DNA of 64,000 bases. Origin: a virus. The stretch covers positions 32,001 to 96,000 of IMG/VR virus record IMGVR_UViG_3300032893_000011. The stretch is one strand, 5' to 3'. The notes under the pieces are model-generated. The model had not been told where the DNA came from, made no database searches, and saw only the letters and a program-made list of their open reading frames with translations. Within the stretch, counting starts at the first letter, position 1. Each line of letters opens with the position of its first letter. Position numbers and translations under genes: made by a program. Below are positions 26,931 to 36,699 of this stretch, piece by piece.

Positions 26931-29900
26931 GTGGTCGACGCCGGTCAGGTCCGCATCAACGTAGTTATCGATGCGCGCGACCTCGGCAACGAAGTCAACG
27001 CCGCCGTGCGCAGCGCCGTGACGCCCGCCGTCGCCAAGGCCCAGGCTCAGGTGAACAGCCTCAACACGGCGATGGGCAAGGTCGACGCCACCAAGTTCCA
27101 GCAGATGGCAGCCAACGCCATCAACACCAACCAGGCCGTGCAACGGGCGCGCCTATCGGTGCAGCAGTACGGCACGGCGGTAGCCGACGCGCAGAAGGCC
27201 TCACGCAAAGCCGACGCCGAATACCAGAAGGCGATGAACGCCCGAACCACCGCCTACAAGGCGTGGCAGAAAGTCGTCAAAGACAAAGGCGAGATAGCGG
27301 CGATCCTCAACGCCAAGGAAGCCTACGAGGCCACCGCCAAAGCCGAGCAGAAAGCCGCCGCCGCGAGCCAGAAATCCCACGCCGCCGAGCAGTCGGCCAT
27401 CTTCAAGGACCAGCAGGCGCGCCTGCGGGCCGCCGCAGCCGAGCAGGCCGCCGTCACGAAGATGATCACCCTGCAGCAGCGGCTCAACCGTGAACGCGAA
27501 CGCTATACACGCGGCGGCGGGGGTGGACGTGGTGGCGGCGGCGGCGGAGGAGGGGGCGGAGGCGGGGGTGCCGTGCCCTTCCGGCTGGAAACCACCGTGC
27601 TGCAAATCTTCACCCGGCAGTGGCAGACCCTGGCCGCCACGATGGGCTCCGCCACCATCGCCGTGGCCTCCCTGTCGCCGGTCATCGGGGCCCTGGCAGG
27701 GGCGCTGGGGGTGCTCGCCGGGGGCATCGGCATCGTCCTCGGCGGCCTCGGGCAGCTGACCACCGGGATCGGGGCGCTGATACCGGCGTTCGGCGGGGCG
27801 GTCGCCGCCATCAAAACAGGCCTGAGCGGGCTCGCCGAGGGCGCCAAAGAATACATGAAGCAGTTCTCCGACGCCCAAACGCAGCTATCCGTGCAGATCG
27901 GCAACCTGATGGGCCCCATGCTCAGCGCATGGACAGGGGTGTCGTCGCGCATCAAACTGGACTTCGCGCAGACCCTGGTGCCCGCGTTCAACAACCTGGC
28001 CGCGGTCATCAACAAGGTCGCCCCGGCGCTCGACGCGGTCGCCACCGCGGCCGGCGGGGTCATCAACGACATCACGGCCACCCTCAACGCGCTCGCCCCC
28101 CAGCTCAACGCCGTCCTGGAGGGCTCGCGGGCGCTGATCACCACGATCGGCCCAGGTGTGCAGGCCCTGCTCGCCGGCATGGTGAGCCTGTCCGCCGCGG
28201 CGCAGCAGTCGATGCCCCTGATCTCGGGGGCGATCCGCGATGCCCTGTCGGCGATCGGCGCGGCCATGAGGGAGGTCGCCGCCAGCCCCGAGCTGCAGGC
28301 CGCGCTGGCGTCGTTCGCGCAGGGCGTGAAAGTGCTGGGCGACCAGCTCGCCGGGTTCGGCAAAGAAATGGTCCACCTGGCGGCCGTGGCGGGCCCCGTC
28401 GCCAACCAACTGGGTGTCGTGTTCGGGCAGATGGTCCACCAGGTCGCCGACGCGTTCGCCGACCTGGCCACCAAGGTCGGGCCGATATTCAACCAGTTCG
28501 TCGCCGCGACCGGGCCTGGGCTGTCGCGGCTGATAGGCGACTTCGGGCGGCTCGGCCAGATCGTCGGCCCCACACTGATCCCGCTGTTCACCGCGCTGGG
28601 CAACGCCATCCACAGCATCATCGAACCGCTCGGCGCGCTGGGTAAACAGTTCGTGCAGGGCCTGACCTCGATACTGCCCGACCTGGCGCAGGCCATCAAA
28701 TCGGTGATGATCCCCATGGAGCAGCTGCTGCCCACCTTCGGCACCCTGCTCAAGGGCGCGCTGGACACCGTGATCGCGCTGGGCCCGGCGATCAACGCCG
28801 TCGCGGGCGGCATCGGCGACCTCGCGCAGGGCATCATGACGGCGCTGCACCCGGTGCTGCCGACGGTCCGCGAGCTCGCGGAAACACTGGCGCCGACCCT
28901 GAAGCAGATCGGCGACGCCGCCGCGCAGCTCCTCCCGACGCTCGGCCCGGTCATCGCGTCGCTGGTGGCTGCGCTGACACCGGTCGCGCAGATCCTCGGG
29001 CAGGTCATCGTCTTAAGCCTCAAAAACCTCGCCACCATCATTTCGGCGATCACCCCGGCGCTGACGACGTTCTTCACGATGGTCGCGCAGGGATTCAACG
29101 AGATAGCGCCGCAGCTTGACCAGCTGCTGGGCGAGCTTGCCCAGCAGATGCCGCAGATCATGGCCACCCTGGCGCCCGTGCTCAACGACCTGGCGGCCGG
29201 GCTGGGGCAGGTGGCCATAGAGGTGATCAAGCTGCTACCCCCGCTGCTGACCATCGCGCCGAAATTCCTGGAAACCGCCGCCAACATCGGTGGGCGCCTG
29301 GTGCCGACGATGATTCCGCTGCTGGATGTCCTGGGCAAAGTGCTGTCGATAATGCAGCCCCTGATCGACGCCATGACTCGCCTCAAGGCGCCGATTGATC
29401 TGATCAACCTGGCGCTGGACCACATGAGCGGCGTGGTGAACGCGCTGGTCGGGCCCTTGGGGCGGCTGATCGGGACGATACCCGGGCACGGCCAGGGTGC
29501 TGGCGCCCCCCCGCCGTCGGGTCAGCTGCCGGCCGGGCCGCCCCTGTGGGACTACCTGCCGTACCAGCCCAACGTTCAAGGGCAGATGACCAAGCCGCGA
29601 CAGTTCGTCCCCGGCGTGACACCGGGGGCCACACCCGCCATCCCCTACCTGCAGGCGGGACCGCAGCCGTTCACACCGGTCACAGGCGCGGCCGGGGCTG
29701 GCGCCAAACCACCCCAACCCCCCGAGCTGCCCATCCAGGAGGTGCCGCTGGGCCTGCTGCCCCAAACCGCGGCGCAAACCGACCTGCTCAAACAGATCCG
29801 CGACCTGCTCAACGGCACCGGCAACGCCAACGCCCCCTTGAACAATTTGAAGGATCTGCACGACGCCGTGCGCCAGATCGGCACCGACCTGAAGAAATCC

Positions 29901-32900
29901 CTGCCCGCCAGCCGGCTCCCGCCGGGGGCCATCCCCGGCCGCATAGGGCCGTGGGGCACGCCCATCCCGCCGCAGAACCCGCCCGGCTACCAGGTGGCCG
30001 CCGCCGTGATCCAAGCGCTGGGCGGCAACGTCGAAGCCGCTATCGGCGAATCCCCGATCCAGTACGCGCAGGAGCAGTGGGAGCAGGACGTCGACCGGTG
30101 GGTGGACAAGGCGGATCAGCAGATCAGCCAGTGGGAGCAGATGCTGCAGGAGATGCAGCAGTGGAACGCCTACCAGCAGGAGTATCTGGACTGGCTGCAG
30201 GGGCAGTCGCAGCAGAAGCCGATACCGGGGATGCCGTGGACCGCCCCCAACATTCCGCCGCCCGCGACGGGGCCGCGGCTGCCGCAGTTCGGACCGCCAC
30301 CGGGCTGGCCACCCGGATCAGCCCCGCCGCAGCAGCCGGGCTGGCCATCCGCGACACCCGGCTGGCCCTCGGCGCAAGGTTACGCGCAGATGGCGCCACC
30401 GGTCACCCTCCAGCCGGCTGCCGGCGCCCACGCCGTCATACCGCCCAACCCCACCAAGGACCAGGTGATCGCCGCGATCATCGCCGAAGGCCGGGCGCGC
30501 GGACTCAGCGACCAGGAGATCGCCGGTGTGCTGTCGGTGGCGCAGCAGGAAAGCGGCTTCAACCTTGAGGGGTTCATGGGGTTCGCGACGAAAACCACCG
30601 ACACCGGCTACACCGGCGGGGCCGCCTACGCCAACCAGTGGAACCCGGCCCTGCAGAAGTTCTACGACAACTACATGGCCGGTGGGTACGGGGCCGCCGG
30701 TGGCCCCCAAGCCAAGGCCGCGGCGCTGCAGGCCCTCCAAAGCGGCAACCCGCAGCCGTTCCTGAACTGGCTTCAGTCCGGTGTGCAGGGCATACCGAAC
30801 ACGGTGGGACTCAACGCCTCGTTCGGCCCCAATATCGCCGCCAACTATCCGCTGTGGCTGTCTAGGCTGTCCACGACATCCACCATCGGTGTCCCCCACC
30901 TGGGCACCGGACTGCCGCCCGGACCGACAGCACCCGGGCTGCCCGGAGCCAACATCGCCACCGCAGGTAGCCCCATCCCGGTGTGGGTCGTCGGCAGCGG
31001 CCCGATGACCGGCGCCGGGTTCGGCCCGATGCCTGGAGCCGGGTTCGGCCCGCCAGGAGGCCTCGGCGGCCTCCCAGCGCCGCCGCAAGGCTCCAGCTTC
31101 GCCGGTGCCGCAGCCAGCAGTGCCGGTGTCCAAGCCGCGATCCAGCTGGCACAGCAGGCGGCGGGCGGTCAATACCAGTGGGGCGGCGTGGGACCGCTCT
31201 ACGACTGCAGCGGCCTCATCTCCACGCTGTACGCGGCGATCACCGGCAAGCCCTTCGGCGGCGGGCAACGCTACTTCACCACCGACTCCAACTTCGCCTC
31301 GCTGGGGTTCGTGCCCGGCTACAACCCCGCGTCGGCGCTGAACATCTCCACCACCGGGGAGCACATCACCGGGCAACTCGCCGGGGTGCCGGTCGAGGCG
31401 CACGCGCCGGGCATTCCCACAAGTGTTGGCCCCGGCGCGACCTTCCCGCTGCCCGGCGGCACACCCTACTACCTGCCCATCGACGTCAACGGCCAACCGC
31501 TGGGACCCCCAACCGCGGCGCTGACATCCTGGAACGCCCCGGCCCCGCCGAGCACCGCGAACGCCTCACCGGCCTACTATCCAGGCCTGGGGCAGCCCGG
31601 CGGGCTGGGCTCGGTGGGCTCACCGGTGCCCGTGTACGTCACCAACTGGCCGTCCAGCGGGCCCGCAGCCCGCGGCGCCCCCCTGCCCGGCAGCACCGCA
31701 GCCCAGCAGATCGGCGAAGGGGTCGGGAATGTCGCCGCCAACGTCACCGGCAACATCCTCGACGCGATCGGTGGCCTGGGCAACCAGCCGTGGCAGCCAT
31801 GGAAGCAGCAGCCCGCCGCGTCGGTTTGGCAGCTCGCCAACCAGGGCAACCCGCTGGCCATCGCCGCAGCCGCGGGTTTCACCGTCCCGTCGTTCGCCAT
31901 GTCCGGCTCGGGTATCGGCCCCAACCAGATCGCCGCCCCGCCGAGCCCCGCGTTCAACGCGCAGGGGCAACTCTTCAGCGACACCGCCGCGCTGCTCGAA
32001 CGCTCCTTCTCCTCGCTGTCCGCCGAACTCGACGCGATGCGCAGCCAGCTCGTCGACGTGCTCAACGAGATCAAGCAGATGCTCACCCAGGAGGCCCTGG
32101 AGCCGATCATGGAGGCCGCCGTCAAGGCGGCGATCTCCTCCATCCCCGGGAGCGTGCTGGACACGATCGGCCAGAACATGGGCACAGCCGCCGCCCCGCC
32201 GATCGCCGACGCCGTCGACAGCGCCATCAGCACCGCCTCCCAAAGCGCCACCCCCAACACGAGCCTGGGAGGGGCGGTCACCACGTGGACCAACAGCGCC
32301 GAGAACGTGGTGCTGGGCCCGCAGTCCTACGACGAAGGCGGCCCATGGCCCACCGGCACGCTGGGCATCAACACCTCGGGGGCCACCGAATACGTGCTGA
32401 CCGCCGCCGAGTACGCCAACCTGGGCCGGTTCCAGGGCATGGACCCGGCGACGCTGCAGGGTGCCGGGTGGACATCGGCCGCCCCCGGGACGATCGGCAA
32501 CGCCAACGTCGGCGCGCAATGGTTCGGGGTGGAAAACATCCCGATCCTCAACGCGCTGGTCAACATCCTGGTGGAGATCCTGCTGTCCGTGCTGGGTGTG
32601 CAAATCCAGGTCAGAGACACCATGATCAATTTGACCCAGCAATTCCGCCAGTTCCGCGGCGACTCGTTCAAGGCGTTCGACGCGCAGGGAAGGTTGTTGA
32701 ACGACACGAGCGCGCTGATGGACCGCAGCATCACCTCCGCGCAGGAGGCCGCCGACCAGCGCATCCAAATCCTGGAGATCGTCCTGGCGGCGCTGATCAA
32801 GTACATCGTCGACAACATCATCATCCCCATCGCCGACGCGGTCGGCCAGGCGCTGGTCAACGCGGCCGCCTCCGCCGCCGGAGCGGCGACCAGCGCCGGC

Positions 32901-33467
32901 ATCTCCGCGGGCACGGAGGGGGCCGGCGCGATCGGCGGGCAGATCGCCGGGGCGGTCGTCCAGGCCGCCATCTCCTCGGCCGGGGATGCGGCGATCACGA
33001 TCGCATCCCAGATCGCCGAGGAGGTCGTCAACGCCGCCACCCCCGTGATTCTGCAGGCGATCGGCGAACTCTTCCAGTCGGTGTTCCCCGGCGTAGCGAC
33101 GGGCATATTCGGCGGCGGCCTGCTGGAGGCGATCACCAACCCCATCGGCACGCTGCTGTCCGACGCACTCGGCGCGATTCTTGGAATTCTCACCGTGGCG
33201 TTCGGCGGGCTCACCAACGTCGGCGGTGGGTTGTTCAACTTCGACGACGGCGGCATGGCCTACGGGACCGGCATGATGCCCAAGGCGGTCATCGAACCCG
33301 AGCGGGTCCTGTCCCCCGCCGACACCGACCGCTTCGAGCGGATGGTGTCGGCGCTGGAGGGCGGCCAGCTCGCGCGTGTCACCCACGTCAACGCCCCGTT
33401 CACGGTGCTCGGCGGCCAGCACGCCGGGGCGGCCGCCCGCAACCAACTCCTAGCGTTGCTGTCCTAG
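26931..33467 (+). CDS. Tape measure protein with lysozyme-like and NlpC/P60-like domains
   Basis: 2178 aa amphipathic helical repeats; IIAEGRARG..VAQQESGF; YQWGG..YDCSGL..H; C-terminal K...PERVLSP. Confidence 0.92.
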   Translation: MVDAGQVRINVVIDARDLGNEVNAAVRSAVTPAVAKAQAQVNSLNTAMGKVDATKFQQMAANAINTNQAVQRARLSVQQYGTAVADAQKASRKADAEYQKAMNARTTAYKAWQKVVKDKGEIAAILNAKEAYEATAKAEQKAAAASQKSHAAEQSAIFKDQQARLRAAAAEQAAVTKMITLQQRLNRERERYTRGGGGGRGGGGGGGGGGGGGAVPFRLETTVLQIFTRQWQTLAATMGSATIAVASLSPVIGALAGALGVLAGGIGIVLGGLGQLTTGIGALIPAFGGAVAAIKTGLSGLAEGAKEYMKQFSDAQTQLSVQIGNLMGPMLSAWTGVSSRIKLDFAQTLVPAFNNLAAVINKVAPALDAVATAAGGVINDITATLNALAPQLNAVLEGSRALITTIGPGVQALLAGMVSLSAAAQQSMPLISGAIRDALSAIGAAMREVAASPELQAALASFAQGVKVLGDQLAGFGKEMVHLAAVAGPVANQLGVVFGQMVHQVADAFADLATKVGPIFNQFVAATGPGLSRLIGDFGRLGQIVGPTLIPLFTALGNAIHSIIEPLGALGKQFVQGLTSILPDLAQAIKSVMIPMEQLLPTFGTLLKGALDTVIALGPAINAVAGGIGDLAQGIMTALHPVLPTVRELAETLAPTLKQIGDAAAQLLPTLGPVIASLVAALTPVAQILGQVIVLSLKNLATIISAITPALTTFFTMVAQGFNEIAPQLDQLLGELAQQMPQIMATLAPVLNDLAAGLGQVAIEVIKLLPPLLTIAPKFLETAANIGGRLVPTMIPLLDVLGKVLSIMQPLIDAMTRLKAPIDLINLALDHMSGVVNALVGPLGRLIGTIPGHGQGAGAPPPSGQLPAGPPLWDYLPYQPNVQGQMTKPRQFVPGVTPGATPAIPYLQAGPQPFTPVTGAAGAGAKPPQPPELPIQEVPLGLLPQTAAQTDLLKQIRDLLNGTGNANAPLNNLKDLHDAVRQIGTDLKKSLPASRLPPGAIPGRIGPWGTPIPPQNPPGYQVAAAVIQALGGNVEAAIGESPIQYAQEQWEQDVDRWVDKADQQISQWEQMLQEMQQWNAYQQEYLDWLQGQSQQKPIPGMPWTAPNIPPPATGPRLPQFGPPPGWPPGSAPPQQPGWPSATPGWPSAQGYAQMAPPVTLQPAAGAHAVIPPNPTKDQVIAAIIAEGRARGLSDQEIAGVLSVAQQESGFNLEGFMGFATKTTDTGYTGGAAYANQWNPALQKFYDNYMAGGYGAAGGPQAKAAALQALQSGNPQPFLNWLQSGVQGIPNTVGLNASFGPNIAANYPLWLSRLSTTSTIGVPHLGTGLPPGPTAPGLPGANIATAGSPIPVWVVGSGPMTGAGFGPMPGAGFGPPGGLGGLPAPPQGSSFAGAAASSAGVQAAIQLAQQAAGGQYQWGGVGPLYDCSGLISTLYAAITGKPFGGGQRYFTTDSNFASLGFVPGYNPASALNISTTGEHITGQLAGVPVEAHAPGIPTSVGPGATFPLPGGTPYYLPIDVNGQPLGPPTAALTSWNAPAPPSTANASPAYYPGLGQPGGLGSVGSPVPVYVTNWPSSGPAARGAPLPGSTAAQQIGEGVGNVAANVTGNILDAIGGLGNQPWQPWKQQPAASVWQLANQGNPLAIAAAAGFTVPSFAMSGSGIGPNQIAAPPSPAFNAQGQLFSDTAALLERSFSSLSAELDAMRSQLVDVLNEIKQMLTQEALEPIMEAAVKAAISSIPGSVLDTIGQNMGTAAAPPIADAVDSAISTASQSATPNTSLGGAVTTWTNSAENVVLGPQSYDEGGPWPTGTLGINTSGATEYVLTAAEYANLGRFQGMDPATLQGAGWTSAAPGTIGNANVGAQWFGVENIPILNALVNILVEILLSVLGVQIQVRDTMINLTQQFRQFRGDSFKAFDAQGRLLNDTSALMDRSITSAQEAADQRIQILEIVLAALIKYIVDNIIIPIADAVGQALVNAAASAAGAATSAGISAGTEGAGAIGGQIAGAVVQAAISSAGDAAITIASQIAEEVVNAATPVILQAIGELFQSVFPGVATGIFGGGLLEAITNPIGTLLSDALGAILGILTVAFGGLTNVGGGLFNFDDGGMAYGTGMMPKAVIEPERVLSPADTDRFERMVSALEGGQLARVTHVNAPFTVLGGQHAGAAARNQLLALLS

Positions 33468-33484
33468 AAGGGGGTGGTATCCGA

Positions 33485-34912
33485 ATGCCTTACGCCGGAT
33501 GGTTCGTGCTTGACGGAACGGAGATAGCGAACAGCGCCCGGGTGATAGCCCACATGGGCGCAGACACGCCCGTCTCGGACTCGATAATCTTCGGCACGCC
33601 CGGGGACTGCTCCCTGCGGCCGCTGCCCACCGACTCCGGGCTGGCGCCGATGCCCGCCGACTCGTCGATCGTGACGACCGGTCTGGCGTCGCCGCCCAAC
33701 GGCAGCGCCCTCTACGACGCCGGGCTGGCCGTGATCGGGCCGTGCTGGACGGCCTCGAACCTGTGCGGGAACTGCCGCCCGTGGGTCACCTACGACGACT
33801 CCTGGTCCGGGCTGCAGGCCTTCCTCGGCGACACGATCTACCGCCCAGAGCTGGCGCCGTGGTACTCGGTCGGCACGCCGCAGTCGGGCGAGTTCGGCGG
33901 CGTGTGGCCGCTGAGCGTCACCGGGCTGGGCCCGGCGCCGGTGCAGCGCGAGGTCACCGAGCTGGTCGGTTCGGGGGCGTCGGCGGGGCCTGCGCGCGAC
34001 ACGAGCCGCGTCGTCACGTTCACCGCGCTGCTGATCGCCTGCACCAACGCCGGGCTGATGTACGGGCTGGAGTGGCTGGCGTGCCAGCTGCGGGAAACCA
34101 ACGAGCGCACCGACGCGGTGCTGCGCTACCTGGCCGCCCACCCGGGCGGGTCGACGGCCTACCCGATACAGCTGGTGCGGGAGCTGCACGGGGTGGTGCT
34201 CACCAAGTCGCCGCAGATCACCAACGAGTACCAGGGGCATCTCATCCCCAACAGGTCATCCACGATGTGTCAGGTGACATGGGAGCTGACGGCGCTGATG
34301 CCCTACGCCTACACCCCCATGGAGAGCTACGACGTGGTGTGGGACTCGATCACCCTGCAGCCGATCCAGTGGGTGCACGCCACCGACTGCACCGCCCCCG
34401 CCTCCTGTGACCCGATGCCGACGCTGTTCTCCGCCGAGTGCACACCGGCGCAGGTCGTCGTGGTCACCCAGCCGCCGCCGGTGTGCGGCGGGTGCCTGCC
34501 GCTGTGCGAGATGGACGTCTACACCTACGAGATCCCGGTGCCGTCGTACGCGCTGGTGTGCAGCCAGTCGGCGGTGTCGCTGACCCTCACCAACAACGGC
34601 GGCTCCGATCTGACCCTGCAGGCCTACTTCCAGGTGTGCGACAGCAACGAGGCCTGCCAGCAGAACCAGTACCCGATACAGGTGTCGGGGCTGCCGCCCA
34701 CGGCGCAGCTGGTCGTCGACGCGATCAACTCCCGGTTCTGGGTCTACTACCAGCGGCAGAACCGCCGGCCGGTGGGGATCGTGTCGACCCCGGGCGGGTC
34801 GCCGTGGGAACCGGCGATCCTGGACAGGAGCATGTGCTGGGAGTTCGTGGTCATCGCTCCCGGTGGCAGCGTGTTCGACGTGACGCTGAACATCGCCGAC
34901 CGGGAGGCGTAG
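33485..34912 (+). CDS. Minor tail protein (distal-tail-like)
   Basis: MPYAGWFVLDGTEIANSAR, APWY..P.S.EFGG; follows TMP. Confidence 0.8.
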   Translation: MPYAGWFVLDGTEIANSARVIAHMGADTPVSDSIIFGTPGDCSLRPLPTDSGLAPMPADSSIVTTGLASPPNGSALYDAGLAVIGPCWTASNLCGNCRPWVTYDDSWSGLQAFLGDTIYRPELAPWYSVGTPQSGEFGGVWPLSVTGLGPAPVQREVTELVGSGASAGPARDTSRVVTFTALLIACTNAGLMYGLEWLACQLRETNERTDAVLRYLAAHPGGSTAYPIQLVRELHGVVLTKSPQITNEYQGHLIPNRSSTMCQVTWELTALMPYAYTPMESYDVVWDSITLQPIQWVHATDCTAPASCDPMPTLFSAECTPAQVVVVTQPPPVCGGCLPLCEMDVYTYEIPVPSYALVCSQSAVSLTLTNNGGSDLTLQAYFQVCDSNEACQQNQYPIQVSGLPPTAQLVVDAINSRFWVYYQRQNRRPVGIVSTPGGSPWEPAILDRSMCWEFVVIAPGGSVFDVTLNIADREA

Positions 34913-34913
34913 G

Positions 34914-36590
34914 TTGACCGCCTACACGTGCAACTCGGCGCAGACCGCCGTCGCGGCACCGGCAGCCACAGCGAAGGCGGCGCTGCACACCAACTCGGCG
35001 CAGACCGCCGTCGCCATCGCCTCGGCGTCGCTGACCGCCAGGCTTTTGGCCAACGCCGCCCAAACCATCACCGCCGGCCCGGCCGCATCGGGTATCCGCG
35101 CCGCCGTCTGCAACTGCGCGCTGACCGTCACCGCGACCGGGGCGGTGACACTGGCGCACAACGCGACCGCCAACACCGCCCAGGTGATCACCGCGACGGC
35201 GTCCGCGGGCATGAAGGCAACGCTGCAGGCCAACGCCGCCCAAACGGTCACACTCGCCGCGGGCTCGGCCCTGGCGCATCACGCCGCCCTCGACGCCGCG
35301 CAGGCACTGGCCGCGACCGGGCGGGCCGCGCTGGGGATAGCGGGGCGGGTCGACGCCGCGCAAACGGTCACCGCCGCCGCAGCAGCAGGCCTGAAAGGGC
35401 TGCGCACCACAGACCCCATCGCGCTAACCGACGCCCTGTCCGTCGTGCTGATACCGGGCACCCTGACCCGCTGGAACAGCCTGCCGCCCGCCCTGCCAGC
35501 CCGGGCGCTGCGGCACATAGTCGTCATCTCCGGCATCGACGGCGTCGCGCTCTACCAAATCAACCAAACCCAAACCAACCAACTGACCTGGGGGCGGCAG
35601 CTGCGCGACGTGTCCACCTGCACGCTCACCATCCCGCCGCTGGTCACCGCCGACCAGAAGCTGCCCGACATCGTGCCGTGGCTGCACTGGGTCCACGTCT
35701 ACGACGCCCCCACCGCCGCGCTGCTGTGGTCGGGGCCCATCCAGAACCTGTCCACCACACGGACCGCCGCCACCATCACAGCCAAGGACGTGGCCGCGTT
35801 GATGACCCGCACCCGCAACCCGATCACCAAAAGCTACGACAACACCGACCCGGTCGTCCCCGCGGCCGACATGTGGAACGCGCTCATCGAGCAGCACAAC
35901 CTGCCGATCACGCCGATCGTCAACTACGACCCGTACGGCGGGCGCTACGAGTACGCCGTGACCGCCGACTCGGCGATGATGGACCAGGCGATCTCCGACC
36001 TGGTCGGCATGGGCCTGTACTGGACGGTCGTCGCCGGGACACCGATACTGGGGCCCGCCCCCAAAGCCCCCATCATGACGCTCGGCGAGAACGACTTCAT
36101 CGGCTCGGGCATCGAATGGGTGCGCGACGGCGCGTCGGTGTACAACGACATCCTGCTGCGGGGCCCCGACAACCTGGCCCGGGCCCGGGTCACCCTCTAC
36201 GGGCTGGAGCTGCAGCAGATCGTCAAAGTCGACTCCATGTTCGGGGTGAGCAACGTGAACACGGCCACCGCACAATATGCCACCTACTACGGGGCGATCC
36301 GCGACGCCATCCAACTGCCCAACGACACGGTCGTCAACCCGCAGACCCCGCTGGCCGTCGCAGACCTGATCCCCTCGACGCGGTTCACCATCTCCGCGTT
36401 CGGCATGAACGTGAAGATGGAGCTGGAAGCGATGACCGTGGACTGCGCCGCCGGCACGGCGAACCTGTCTGTGAGCCTCGAATCGGTGATCGACCCGCCC
36501 GATCTGCCCGAGCTGGCGCAGGTCACGTCCGCGCAGTCCGTCGGGGCCACCACCACCACCCAAACCACCCCCGCCATCATCGGAGGCTGA
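34914..36590 (+). CDS. Minor tail (hub-like) protein with eight N-terminal 20-aa Ala repeats
   Basis: LTWGRQLRDVS, PWLHWV, LWSGPI; N-terminal repeats match those of 19787-24190. Confidence 0.75.
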   Translation: MTAYTCNSAQTAVAAPAATAKAALHTNSAQTAVAIASASLTARLLANAAQTITAGPAASGIRAAVCNCALTVTATGAVTLAHNATANTAQVITATASAGMKATLQANAAQTVTLAAGSALAHHAALDAAQALAATGRAALGIAGRVDAAQTVTAAAAAGLKGLRTTDPIALTDALSVVLIPGTLTRWNSLPPALPARALRHIVVISGIDGVALYQINQTQTNQLTWGRQLRDVSTCTLTIPPLVTADQKLPDIVPWLHWVHVYDAPTAALLWSGPIQNLSTTRTAATITAKDVAALMTRTRNPITKSYDNTDPVVPAADMWNALIEQHNLPITPIVNYDPYGGRYEYAVTADSAMMDQAISDLVGMGLYWTVVAGTPILGPAPKAPIMTLGENDFIGSGIEWVRDGASVYNDILLRGPDNLARARVTLYGLELQQIVKVDSMFGVSNVNTATAQYATYYGAIRDAIQLPNDTVVNPQTPLAVADLIPSTRFTISAFGMNVKMELEAMTVDCAAGTANLSVSLESVIDPPDLPELAQVTSAQSVGATTTTQTTPAIIGG

Positions 36591-36699
36591 AAAATGGGCG
36601 CGAAACCTTACCACGGTCCATACGACTTGTGCGCTGCCGCACTTCCCGTTCCTCACGTTGTTCCCCTCGCGGCAGGGGTCGCTGAAGGGAGGCAATGAT

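Noticed and set aside
26880-26931. Programmed frameshift in the tail chaperone
   Set aside because: No room for a T ORF before the tape measure start
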